A stretch of DNA of 64,000 nt from NCBI RefSeq assembly GCF_036588685.1, contig NC_086380.1, positions 11,222,001 through 11,286,000 of the forward strand, given 5' to 3'. The translations under genes were made by a program, and so were the position numbers. Position 1 is the first letter of the stretch. The number at the start of each line of letters is the position of its first letter. Source of the DNA: Mytilus trossulus (Eukaryota). The notes beneath the pieces are model-generated. The model worked only from the letters and a program-made list of their open reading frames with translations, searched no databases and was not told the origin of the DNA. This document shows positions 11,486-24,300 of the stretch, one piece after another.

Positions 11486-14231
11486 ATGAATTATGATTCC
11501 ATTTTAGTTTTGTTGATCTTCCAAGGTACGTAGTAAATTGTTAGTTAAAACATTTTACTTTATAAACAATACATGTTATCTGCATTTTACCCCTCTGTGA
11601 AAAATTTAGCAAAGAATCTTAAAAAGTTAATGCATGTCCTTATCATGAATACAGTATTAACGGGTTCACATGTTGTGTCGGTTTGTTTTTTGGATTTAAA
11701 TTTGTTTTTGAACATCCGAAGGAAGACAACAAAGTTAACCCGAACAATGAGCGGAACATTGTTATGGGCACATATAGATCTTAGACCAATGCAGCGATAC
11801 AATTCCGCACTCGAAGGCAGTCTTGAGCTGATAAAAAAAAAACAATATTGTATACACACTAAACTTCAAGACATGCATGCAACTGAATAAACCATTTTTT
11901 TTTAATCACACAAGACTAACGAAGGCTAAAGGTGCCTGACTTGGGACATGCGCAAACATGCAGCTGGTTAACATGGTTTGTGAGTTACCCACCTTCCCTA
12001 TACATTTTTTTGTACCTCTAGTCAATGTGGAATAAAAAAAAAACACACAGCAAGGCGCACAGTAGAACTCCGTTAAAAAGAAGCCCGATTCCGATGCTGG
12101 AATATGTAACTAAACAAAATGACATCGATAAACATCGAGTATCAAAGGATTACTGGCAGTAACTGAACGTAAGTGGTTTATATACCCTAAATCAAGTTAT
12201 CGTTATCTTCCCAAGATTGGAGGTTGTAAAGGCAAACAGCATACACCTAAACGATCATATGGACGAACGAACGGACGGACATGCAGAAGGACGGTCAAGA
12301 ATATAAATACTCAATGTCCCCCCTTACAATAACTCGCCTGTGTCCTGCATCATTAACATGTAAATGATATAAAGACGAACACGTACTATAACTGATAACT
12401 TTTTTTCTCAGTTTTTGTATCACCTTGTAATACCAGAGCCTTGACGAGATATTATTGTGAGCTTGCAGACAGAATCAACTGCAGAGCACGTGACGAGGCT
12501 AGAACATGTGGATCGGACGGCAAAACGTACTACAACATGTACGTATTTAATAATTACGAGAAGTTTACTACAACATGTATGTATCCAAATGTAATGAGAA
12601 GCTTACTACAATAAATAGCTATAAGAAGATGTGGTATGAGTGTCAATGAGACAACTCTCCATCCAAGTCATAATTTATCCAAGTAAACCATTATATGTCA
12701 AAGTAAGGTCTTCAACACGGAGCCTTGGCTCAAACCGAACAGCAAGCTATAAAAGGCCACCAAAATTACTAGTGTAAAACCATTCAAAAGGGAACATCAA
12801 CGGTCTAATCTATATATAAAAAAAGGAACGAGAAACACCTATGAACCACATCAACAAACTACAACTACAGAACCATGAGAACATCAGTGTTCTTACCTCG
12901 GACAGGTGCTTACAATTGCATCAGGTTCAAAAGTTAAATGGTAACAGTTGGTGACGTTCTGTTGTTGTCTATTCTGTGGTCGGGTTGTTGTCTCTTTGAC
13001 ACATTCCCCATTTCCATTCTCAATTTTATACACTGAATGAATAAATTTTATATACAATTTTCTTTTAACAAAAAGGGAGAAGAAAACAAGGAGACATGAA
13101 ATCCAAAAAAGACATCATCGTGGCAAAACGAAAGATAATTACAGCCCACGAAACATAAGTTACAGTAACATTTGGCGTCTATGGTTTTTACAAGAGTTAT
13201 ATACGGTTGGTTTACAACCAATTTCAAATCTATAAACTTTTGTGTCTTTATACTTTGAAAATGTTTACATATGATTTACTTCCAGGTGTGCTTTAAATAT
13301 AGCAACTTGTGACCACCCAAGACTACATGCTGTCCACTCTGGACCATGTCCAACAAGTTCGACCATCACTGACCTACAAACAGTTCCCACACAAGATGGA
13401 TTACAAGTGGCGTATGATATCTTCTGTCTGGATTTGTTTCACCACAACTGTTTATTGGAAAGGTCGTTCCAGTTATGTGGCTCTAATAAGGCAACATACA
13501 TAAACTTGTACGTTATATTTAGGCAGCAACCATTTGATTTTCTGGGGGGGGGGGGGGATTGGGTTTTTTTCTGTGCAAACTTTTTTTTTCGCGAAGAACA
13601 ATCACTTTGTTTAGCGACAAACCGAAAACAATTTTTTTTCTTTCAATTTTAGCATTACTTATAGTGGCAGCTGAGGGTGAAACAAACATTTTTTTTTCTA
13701 AGGGTCCAAAACAAATTATTTTTTTCACCGAAACCTGGAAACAAACTTTGTTTTCCAAAACAAAAAAACATAGCCCCCCCCCCCCCCCCCCCCCCGAAAA
13801 TCAAATGGTTGCTGCCTTATATCACTATTTTACAGTTGGAAAATTGTCAGATGAAAACAAAAACATGTTTTGACATATTAAACAAAGTTATCATCGTTTA
13901 AAAAAAATTTAAATTGTGAAATTGATTAATCTTATTTGGTGTAGTAATCACCATCAAACTTTTGTACGTTAAAGTTCTTTTTTCAAATCTTCTTTAATTT
14001 ATCACATTTCGATACATCCACAGGGGTAGATTACGATTTTGCATTCGTAGTGCGTGATAAACAGTTGCGCGATCTGGTTTGCATTAAATTTTGCAGAATA
14101 CACTATAACACAAAATTTAATTCATATTCCATGCCTATCTCAAGTTTTATTGTTTCTTTTTCAGGTGTGAATTTGACAAAGCCAGATGCACCCACAGAAA
14201 CTTACACGTAGTTAAATACGGACCATGCTAA
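11486..14231 (+). CDS. Secreted two-domain Kazal-type serine protease inhibitor-like protein, 4 exons, 151 aa
   Basis: Exons 11486-11525, 12412-12538, 13286-13507, 14165-14231. MNYDSILVLLIFQVFVSPCNTRALTRYYCELADRINCRARDEARTCGSDGKTYYNMCALNIATCDHPRLHAVHSGPC...CLDLFHHNCLLERSFQLCGSNKATYINLCEFDKARCTHRNLHVVKYGPC*. CGSDGKTY-x-N-x-C motif; AATAAA at the stop. Confidence 0.92.
12623..12945 (-). mobile_element. Retroposon-like interspersed repeat, family B (end ...gagttgtctcattggcactcataccacatcttct)
   Basis: Further copies at ~16574-16760, 17556-17610, 19970-20080, 45700-45785, 45995-46130, 48690-49145; shared terminus, variable length. Confidence 0.75.
13522..13816. mobile_element. PIF/Harbinger-like (Tourist-type) MITE
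   Basis: TIRs ggcagcaaccatttgatttt / aaaatcaaatggttgctgcc with inner poly-G/poly-C; TTA on both flanks; truncated copy at ~32752-32935. Confidence 0.85.
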
Positions 14232-15194
14232 ATAAAATTTTGACACAATAAACATCTTTTTGAGTATTCATTCGTTTCATTTAACAAAAACGCATTGTTA
14301 AATCAATTGAAAATGTATCAAAAGTGGCTAAAATATTTAGAGTTAGACGGGTAAGGCAATGATGCAATATAATAGTTTCGCGAATGAGGAAAGTGCTTTA
14401 ACATATTTGTAAACAATACCATTTGGGTTTCAGTTGTGTAACCATTGGCCGATAATGATTTCAATTCGATACAGTGCGTGTTTTCTCTCTCTCTTTCTGA
14501 CTTAATGATCTATTAATTACATGGAATTGAATAGGGACATGATTAGGGAAATACTGCTGTGATGGGACAGCAACCCAAAAGATTTATGAAAAAACAGTGA
14601 AAGGCATCTAAGAGTCATCTGTATATGCATACTAATTTCATATGAATCTCCTAGTATGTTTTAAACATTTATTTCAAATGCATTGATAAGTTTCATGGGG
14701 AACATAATTGGCTTTCTTTTTTGAAAGAATTTAAACAAAGAATGTACAGAAAATACCCGCTGTATCCCTTTTGAATGTCTATAAAAATTAAAAATAAAAA
14801 AAACAACATGGTCAATTTCAGTACATAACTTGGCAGAGGAGCATAAAATTAAATTGAACTGAATCCGCATAAAAAAAAAAAAAACGTAAAAGATATATTG
14901 ATCACCATGGCAATTTATATAAGTAAATGTGTGGTTATAACAGGTTATGAACTTTCAAACAGAGTTTATATGATATCGTTTAAGAAATTCTTATATCTAT
15001 TGATCCCAATCCCGATCAAGCGGTTCCATTCCAATAACCCACTCCATGTTTTTAAAAACCTTTGTAATAACATTCTCCCGCGCTTTTTCGAACACTCTCT
15101 AAAGACTAAAAACCAGTTCGGAACTCTTTTGGACTCATCATACTTCTCGATAGGTGTAAAAGTGAAAGGAGTCTAAGGAGACCACAAGACTAAA

Positions 15195-17089
15195 ATGCCT
15201 GCTAAGAAAAGAAAGCCACAAGAAACTGCTGATAACAAAGAAACTGTTAAAACTAGTCCGGCGAAAAAATCGAAGAAAGCCACAGAAACAGACGCTATCA
15301 GTTTCAAACTCATTGTTGAATATTGGTATGAAACAGGTTTTTGTCTTTTAATTTTTGCCTTCCCAAATGAAATAAGCTACCTAAGTACAATTTTGATAAG
15401 AAACATATCCATTGTAACGATGCTTAAATTAAAGTAAATGCTAGTAAAAAGTTTAAATTTAAGGAAATGTGTTCATAGATACTAACATTAATTTGAGTTT
15501 GCATTAGATTCACCCCCCCCCCCCTTTTTTTAATTTGTTTTTCAAATGACCCTAGTTTCCTTTGTTTGACTCATATTTATGAATTGAAAGAGATAACTGG
15601 TCACTCATCTGAATTACTTGCAGTTCAAAAAAGCACATCAATATAAGGAGGTCAATAACTATCAACACCAAAATTGTAATTCTTTTTAGAAAAAAATCAA
15701 AACAATTTCACATGAATGAAGAACACATAGCCTTATTGCTGTATAAAGGATTATATATATATATATGGATTTATCATTAAGATACTAATGGTCATGTTAC
15801 TAACATTGACTAACAAAAGGAGCCTTCTTGGATCTTCTAGTTTGTAAAGTTTCAATCCTAATTCTTCTATTTTCAATTTCAGCAAATCTTGACAAGTATT
15901 CAAGCGCAGGGCTGAAACAGTAGTAGCAGACTTGCGCCAGACCTTTGGTGAGGTGGAAGTGGAGTTCAATCCTTCCAAACCTCGCCGTGGAAGTTTTGAG
16001 TTTACTCTGGTTAAGGAGGGAAAGGGTAGGTTTATTTGAGAATAACTGAGTGCCATCCGTTTTACATGTATACTAAATAGATTTATAATCCTGTCACGAA
16101 AAAGTCATGTCAATGTACATTGTATAACTTAATAAAAAATTATGAGGCTTTATTCAATAATTGGAAATAAAGATACATTAAATAAATGCAGATTTATAGT
16201 TTATTGGTAACAAAAATGTTTCCAGGTTAACGTAAATGTTCACATATTCCCACTTTCTAGGATCTTGTTGATCTGATAATTCATTTGTCCAAATATTTTT
16301 GTCACACATGAACACAATGACTTCCTATTTGGTCTGTGTTATAAGGTGATATTCTTGTATGTCAATACTTTAACATGATGAAATTACTCATTGTTTTATT
16401 CATACATTTGTCCAATGCCACTGGAAAGAATTACTTTGTATTTGGTGTACAGCCTCAAAAGTGATGACAGATAAATTACAGGACAAACACTCCTTTCAAT
16501 ATGAACAATTATACAGTATATATATGTTGCATCCTTGTAAAAACACCAATTTTATAGTAATTTATAGATATAGGAAGATGTGGTGTGAGTTCCAATGAGA
16601 CAACTCTCCATCCAAATAACAATTTATAAAAGTAAACCTGTTATAGGTCAATGTCAGCCTTCAACACGAAGCCTTGGCTCACACCGAACAACAAGCTATA
16701 AAGGGCCCAAAAATTACAAGTGTAAAACCAATCAATTTCAAACAGGAAAGCTAATGATCTTATGTTAACAGTATGTCATGTAAAGCAACATTGCTTCAAA
16801 ATGAAAATGTTTTCTTCATAAAGTTGAAATGAATGTGTTTTTTTCATTTTGCAATAAAATAATGCTATTGCACTGATATAGCCTAGGTGTCAGAATTTTG
16901 TGCAATATTTTTCGACGATATGAATTATAATGTATCCCAACAGAAACATCCTCATTACATTGTTTTTATTATAATTTTTGTTTTACAGCAACCTTGATAT
17001 GGACAGGGGTAAAGAAAGGACCACCTAGGAAGAATAAATTCCCAGAAACACCAGATCTAATTATTGAGGAAATCAAAAAGAATCTATAA
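15195..17089 (+). CDS. SELENOH: Selenoprotein H (Rdx family, CxxU), 3 exons, 124 aa
   Basis: Exons 15195-15325, 15883-16025, 16989-17089. MPAKKRKPQE...LIVEYCKSUQVFKRRAETVVADLRQTFGEVEVEFNPSKPRRGSFEFTLVKEGKATLIWTGVKKGPPRKNKFPETPDLIIEEIKKNL*. In-frame TGA at 15890-15892; SelH motifs NPxKPRRGSFE and WTGxKKGPPRKxKFPE; basic N-terminal NLS. Confidence 0.95.
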
Positions 17090-17187
17090 GTTGTGAAAAT
17101 TGTATATAGAAAGAAGAATAATGACATTGCAAGGATTCTAGACGCAATATCTCACCAGCTATTTCAACTTGATTGATGTTTTTGGTA

Positions 17188-17263
17188 TAGAAGTTTAATG
17201 AAAGAAATAAGTAAAAAGGGAGATAACTCTCTACTTATTACTGGAAATGTTGTTTATCTTCTA
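17188..17263 (+). promoter_or_regulatory. SECIS element (type II) in the SELENOH 3' UTR
   Basis: ATGAA core (17198), helix II agaaataagt/acttattact, unpaired AAAA, mini-stem agggag-ataa-ctctct, 3' core GGAA (17243), lower helix tagaag/cttcta. Confidence 0.85.
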
Positions 17264-18069
17264 GCAAGAACAAAGATTGACTTGTTTATGTATGTGAAAA
17301 AAGGTGACAATTTAGTTATTATATAAGATAAAACTAAAATCACCAATTTGTTGGTGATGATATTTTCTAAATGAAATAAAATATTTATTCATTTATATTT
17401 CAATTTTATGGTGATATTATATTAAATGAGAATTATTTCTACCCCTTACAAAATTTCCAGCTTTTAATGACTTATCAATTGTGGTACCTGTGCCTTATTC
17501 AATGGTTTATCAGTATTTATATTCTCAAACAATGAATTTTTGAAAAAAATATAAAAAGATGTGGTATGAGTGCCATGTAGACAAATATCTACCCAAGTCA
17601 CAATTTCTAAAATGAAAATATTAAAGTCAATATCCACATTTCCAAACTTTCTACATATTCACAGAAATGTTTATCTTTATCTCTCAGACAATCATGACAA
17701 TTAGATAATGTGAAGCTTTCATCTTGGCTACAATTTCACAAAATTAAAATTAAGATTTGGTTTAATTGCAAGGGATCAAGTGATGTGGATTTAAGAGACT
17801 ATTAAATGCCTGAAAACCTTTAACAATAAGCAAAACCAATAATGCATAGTAAGCCTTAGAGGTCGCACAATCACAAACTTAGTTTATACACCATATAAGA
17901 AATCCTTGTTCAAAGTAGATTTTATACAGGTAATGTGTCTACCAAAATTAAGATAAAACTAAAAAAAACTGTTCCTTATCTACAAATTAGTCATGTTCTG
18001 ACCTTTTTAATGATACATTGGGACAGAAGTGTAACAGTTCAACATGAGGACAACATTACTTTATTTGGG

Positions 18070-19935
18070 GATTGGTTTTTGTCGAGCCTGCGACAAAAAA
18101 AAGCTCCACATAGGGATAGTGATCCAGCAGCGGCGGAGTTAGCTGACTTCTTAAAAGCATTATATTAAAGAAGGTAGAAGACCTTGATGCTTTGTACTCT
18201 GTATATAGATGCCTCAAATTACAAAATTTCTCTCAGTCACATGTTCAATGTCTTTGACCTGATTTTCATGGTTCATTGACAACTTGAAAAAATATTTAAG
18301 ATTTTTTGTTTAGATTAATTCTCTCTTATTATAAGTAATTGGATAAATATATTTGGTATGTGCGTACCTTGCAAGGTCCTCATGCCCGTCAGACAGTTTT
18401 CACTAGATCCTGATCTCATTTCATTGATCAGTGAACAAGGTTATGTTTTGATGGTCAATTCCATATTTCAGATACTTTAAACTATAGGTCTAGTATATTC
18501 AACATATGAAAGGACTATATATATATATAAGGTGAATCTGACCTTGACCTCATTTTCATGGTTAAAGTAGTTATAGTTAAGTTTTTGTGTTTTGGTCTGT
18601 TTTGTTCTTGTACTGTATGCAAAAAGTCTATATTTGGTATATAAAATGTTTGTAAGGTGTTCATGTCTATCTGTCAGATGTCTTCAAACCTTGACATCAT
18701 TTTCATGGTTCAGTGGTTAAAGTTAAGTTTTTGAATTTTTAGTCTTTTTTAGTCTCTTTTTCTTATACTATATGCAATAGGTAAACTATATTTGGTGTAT
18801 TGAAATATGTTATGATTACATTTCTGTTGGCCAGGTTTTATTTGACCATGACCTCATTTTCACAGTTCATTGCTCAGTGTTAAGTTTTTGTGTTTTGGTC
18901 TGTTTTTCTTAAACTGTAAGCATTAGGTCAACTATATTTGTTGATGGGAGAATTGTTAGCTGTACATGTCTGCCTGGCATTGTTCATCTGACTGTGACCT
19001 TATTTCATGGTTCATTGGTCAATGTTTAGTTTTCTTGGTTAATGTTAAGTTTATGTAAAAGTTGCCTGAAAGCTTTATATTTAGGACTATCAACATAATA
19101 TCATATTTCAGTGTGATCACTCCTTTCTGTTATAAAGATATGTTGAGAGTATGTTGCCATCATTTTACTAGTTCTTTCTATTTCAAACATTCTCCATTGT
19201 ATAACATGTTTATTCTGGTCATTTGAGATATATTTCAATCAAGATCAAAGTTCCAACATGCAGTACTGCACAAGTAACCATATCTAGTTTCAGTTGGTTT
19301 AATTACAATATTTTCTTTGCCTGTACCAAGTCTAAAAAGGGAGATAAGGGTGTGGTATTTCCACCAGCTGGGCCAACAATGTATTGGTTTTTGTCTCTTC
19401 TGTGCAATAGGTATTACTATCCAGCAGCAGCTCTGCATACACTATTTGTTTAAAGCTATATATTTCAGAAGGTAGAAGATCTGTATGCTTCATATCTTGA
19501 ATGCAGAAAGCTTTTGTGTCAAAAGTCCAATGTCCTTGACCTTCATAGTTCAGTAACTGCTTGAAAAAATGTTGTGTATGGAATGACTGTAATGGATTCC
19601 TGTCAGTTTGGCAGTTTTCATCTGTCCTTGGTCTCATTTTCATGGTTCAATGGATAATTTTAAGGTTTTGTGTTTGGACTATTTTTCAAGTACTATAAGC
19701 AATTGGTCAACTATATTTGGCGTAAGTAATGATTGTAATGGATAAATATCAGTCTGGCAGGTATAACCTAACCTTGACCTTATTTTCATGGTTCATTGGT
19801 CAATGTTATTTATAAGTGCTTTGATTCTTTAAGCAATACATCAACTATAGTTGGTGTATGGAATGGTTTTAAGGTGTATATCTCTGTTTGGTAGATATGA
19901 TCTGACCTTGACCTCCTTTTCATGATTCATTGGTT
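18070..19935. mobile_element. Degenerate Helentron/HINE-like elements with internal tandem units (two adjacent copies, ~18070-19125 and ~19385-19935)
   Basis: Recurring core gaccttgacctcattttcatggttca with aactatatttggtgtatg at ~130-160 bp spacing; shared head tagtgatccagcagc / tactatccagcagc. Confidence 0.55.
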
Positions 19936-21169
19936 ACTGTATGTTGGTTTTTTTGTCAGTTTTCTATCGGGGCCAAGGCTCTGTGTTGAAGGTCATACTT
20001 AGACCTGTAATTGTTAACTTGCACACATTGTAACTTGGATGGAAAGTTGTGTTATTGACACTCATACCACATAAACTTTTTTCTATCTATTAAGATGGAA
20101 TATAAAGGAAATGGTGTCAAGGTTAATTTTTTCAACAGTAGCAAAAGTACTTTTATGTAATGGCTAAAACAAGAGATGAGAAAAAAAGATCATAAAATCT
20201 TTATCAAAATCAAAAACAATTACAGTTTCTAACAATTGTATAAATATACACATGAATTTATTTAAATATAAAACTTGTCAATTTTAATACCATGATTATC
20301 ACTTTATGAGACAAACTATTGCAAAAAAACAGTAAACCCGTGTTATAGAGCCTTTGATGTCATCATCACATTGCTTTAAGGGTTCTTTAAAAAAAGTTTA
20401 ATGAAATAAAATATGCTACTATATGCTGCTTTATCTCCCTAATATAATATCAACACATTTCATATATTTCACTAACTAATAATAAATTTCTAAAAACTGT
20501 AAAAGGACTTGTAAAAGATTTGAAAAAAAAATATGCAGGTATTGCACCTTATAATACAAATTAAAATAAATATCATATTCCAATAAAAGAATTTTTACAG
20601 AATGTGACCTAATCCTTAAATCCTAATAACAACAAGAAGTACTGCCAGCAAAGCTCACAAAATGATGCCCAACACACCTTATAGTAACCAGTGAAAAAAT
20701 ATGTGATTTGCTAAAAATAAATCCCATAAGATAAAGATTCAAAAAACAAAATGAGCAGTGCACTATGGCATTATATGGGTCAGAGTCTGACAAATGCTTA
20801 AACAAATTCTAACAAGGGTTTAAAAAAGTCCCAAGATTAAAGTAAATCATACAAGTAAGGTTAAGTGAAAGTTTCTAAAAATTCTTAGATAAAATTCTAG
20901 AGCTTTTGCAGATACTACTACTTCTAGTGAGTGTTTAACTACCTTGACTATCACACATATTTAAAAGTGGAACAGATCAATGCATAGACAGATAAACCAA
21001 CTTTTAATCACAATATATCTCCTTCAAAATACAGGATAATAATGAAATGCGTAAAGCTATTGAGGTCTAATAAAACTTCTGGTCTTCTACTTCTCACAAA
21101 ACTTCTTGACAGCAACATTAACAAAGTTTATTTGTACTATAACAAGGTTTCACTATAAAATAACATGAC

Positions 21170-21364
21170 TACTGTGGATTCATTATTATTTGTTGGATAC
21201 CAATTTTCGTGGGTTTCGTGGGTACAAGAGAACCATGAATCACAAATTTTCTATGACTTTGTGTGCACAGATTGACAAAACCACGAAATAAAATATCCAT
21301 GAATATGCAAGTTTTCCTCAATCCTCGAAAATTGACACCCACGAAAATAAATGAATCCACAGTA
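21170..21364. mobile_element. TA-flanked MITE family with TIR ctgtggattcatt (short copy)
   Basis: tactgtggattcatt ... aatgaatccacagta; other copies at 24602-24785 and 60355-61200. Confidence 0.8.
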
Positions 21365-21379
21365 TTCTAAGCCAAGTCA

Positions 21380-24300
21380 TTATCGTGCTAATTCTGTTGA
21401 CTGAGGAGGTTGATCTACCCGGTATACGTAGTCTGCTAGTATAAAATATCCACGGTATTCTACTTCATTTGGTGTTGTGTCATTATGGTAATGTCCACCC
21501 TGACCATGTTCACTATAACAATGGAAATGTTCAACTCGTAAATCCATACCCTGAAACAAGAAATTACAAGAATGTTACAAGTCACTTTAGTATGATTTAC
21601 ACATCAAGTGTTAATGTTCCAGTTCAAATTTCTTTTTCAAAAATACATATCAAAGTCACAATGACATAAATTTAACAAACTACAGTACATCCTAAATGAG
21701 AAAGCATTTGCATAAGTTAAATCAATCAAAGACATGTGAGCACTGAGGGGGACACATTGCATCCATTTTGAATTGTTAACTGCATTGTTTTAAGTGCTAA
21801 TAATTGTGAGGCTACAATTAGTTTTAAAGGTTAAAGTCTTTTAATAAAAGAACTTAAAACTTTTATGGTTCTGGAAAAATTCTAAATTCATCAGGCCACA
21901 ATTAAAAGAATGTATGTTTCCCCAAACCCCTACCCACATTTTTGTAGGTGGGTAGGTAGGTAGGTTTTTTTTTTTTTTTTTATATCTTGATATTTTTTTT
22001 TATATCCAACAGAGCAAAACAAATCGATTATGTGTATGTCTGGCATATATAGCCATCTGTAGCAACTTAAATGTACGTGTTAAATTGTCTAAATGTTTGT
22101 AGCTCTCTGTGTCAGGTGTCAACTTGACATAAATTTTATTTGATTTTATTTGGATTTGTATCTCAGAATTGTTCATGACTGTGATTTTTTTCCCTCTTTG
22201 ACAGTGAGTCTGACTACTAAGTAGCAAACTGTTTTAAATATATATATGCATGTACTGTAGTTGTTCAACCTGAAGAATGTTCCATCAAACAATTTACCCT
22301 CTGACAGCTCAGGACTCAGATTTTGCTTCTGACATTGAGGAAATCACCAATATTAATTAATAAATAATAAAAATCAAATTTTCTTGCTTTCCTCTGAATT
22401 TCTTATTGTGACATCTAAAACAACGACAACCATGCCCAATGTCTTTACATAGAAAGAAAACATCTTTTTGGAGATCATTGGAAAAGATGCATATTGTCTA
22501 CATTTGAGAAACAGATTCCAGTGTTCTCCCCAGGATTTTTGGATAGCGCTGTGGTAAGCACGTGATTTTCCACAATTCTCAGTAACTTTGTTGCGTCGCG
22601 CGGTTGGTTTGTTATTGATTTTTAGAGGTTGTGTTTGATAATTCTATAAACAATACACCTTATCGCTATTCCCGGCTGACCCTGTCGCTTGAACTTTTGA
22701 AGCATACAACAATTACTTTTTCATTGTGGCGTCAGCTATTTTGTTTTATGATGTCATAATTTTACAGGAAACTGTGTGATATCCAGTAATGGTGGACAAA
22801 TAGCGATAAGGTGTATTGAATACGTGCCACCAGATAAGTTCTTCAATCTTCAATCTTTGTCGTGATGACAGAGTAATCTCTCTTGTAAAATAATTATCAC
22901 AAATGTAGTTTCTCCTTTGTACTTATATATTGTAGGTGGCACTTTAAAAATATTATAGAATTATTGTATGAAGTGAAATAAATTTAAAAAATGGTTTATT
23001 AGGTTATTGAAATGGCATGAAAAATTAAAAATATAAAAAAATTTAAAGAAATTTGTATCAAATTATCCACTAAAACGGTTTGTTTCCTCTATGTACTCCG
23101 CTAATAGTTGATTGATATTTTCTGCATTTGGCAAATTGATTGTTAATAAATTATCTAGATCTGTTGGAATTTGTCCTGTTATGAAGTATATTTGATGAAA
23201 TAATTTGTCTCTTTCATCTGAATACAGGTCACATTCAAAAAGGTAGTGTTGTACATTTTCTTTTTGTTAATTTCAAGATTTGACAATACTTCTTTTAGGT
23301 CTTTCCCTCCCAAATTATCTCCCTTACAGGCTGACACAACTTCCTGTTTACATTTGTGGCCTTTTTAGCATTAAATACTATTCCTAATCCAAGCCATCCT
23401 CTGTTTACATTAAATTTAAAGCAATATTTAAACAATTTATATTGATGATTGGTTGACAAATATCGATATTTCATATATATCTACACAAAATTTTCGTTTT
23501 GTCTTATTCCCTTATCCATTTGAAAAAGAGCCACGGATGGACAAGTAATCGTAATATACGGGCTTATAATGAATCCCTTGATAACAGGGTTGCCTCCTTC
23601 AAACAATGCAGGTTTGACAGTTCGGTAGTAAATGCGAAAAAGTAATGATATAGTCATAGATGGTTCAATCAATGGTCGAGACCACGTTGTCAGAGAAGGG
23701 GGTAACACTTCCCTTATATTTTTTAGAAATGAACTTTTCAGCACCTGAGACATGCATTAAATGTCTCTGTCCATTCCTTTCTTAAGTTTCGGTATCTTTT
23801 AAAAGCGAAAAATTGGGAGGAAGGAAATGTTAATTTGGCAGAAAAAGTTTTGCAAATGGCGCCATTTTGATCATTTATTGAACTGGTTCCTACGATATTT
23901 GACATCGTTGGGCGAATTAACGATCTCTCGGATAAATAAACCAGTCGATCACGTGATCGGAATGTGTACAAAATAATACAGGATGTTTGAAATTCAAAAA
24001 CAATACCGCTGATTTTTGGTCACCATAAAATGATCATCGGCACCGGAAACAACCCCGAAAAATTTCCAGAAATAAAAAAAAAATGTTGCAAAAAAACGGA
24101 ATAAAAACTTTTGAGTCGGCGGGATTTCTCTGAGTCGGTCGGGCGAGGGGAAACAAACCATATTTTTATTTTGGCCTCATTGAATCATTGTAAGTTAATA
24201 GAACACAACTATGATTTTAGTGATATTTTGTAAATTCGTGAAGATCAAGTTCCAGCACTGTTTATTTTTTCATCACTTAATAGATCATGTGATAATGATT

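Noticed and set aside
10721-11890. ORFs of 90-120 aa between the Kazal genes
   Set aside because: No recognisable domains or convincing splice structure.
13519-13901. Overlapping ORFs with poly-Pro/poly-Gly
   Set aside because: Produced by the poly-G/poly-C arms of a MITE.
15751-16056. 101-aa minus-strand ORF
   Set aside because: Antisense shadow of SELENOH exon 2.
17120-17180. Alternative SECIS starting at atgac (17121)
   Set aside because: No convincing helix II or AA loop; the 17198 candidate fits far better.
23481-23971. ORFs inside the 2.3-kb element as a possible transposase
   Set aside because: No DDE or Myb-like motifs recognisable; treated as non-autonomous.
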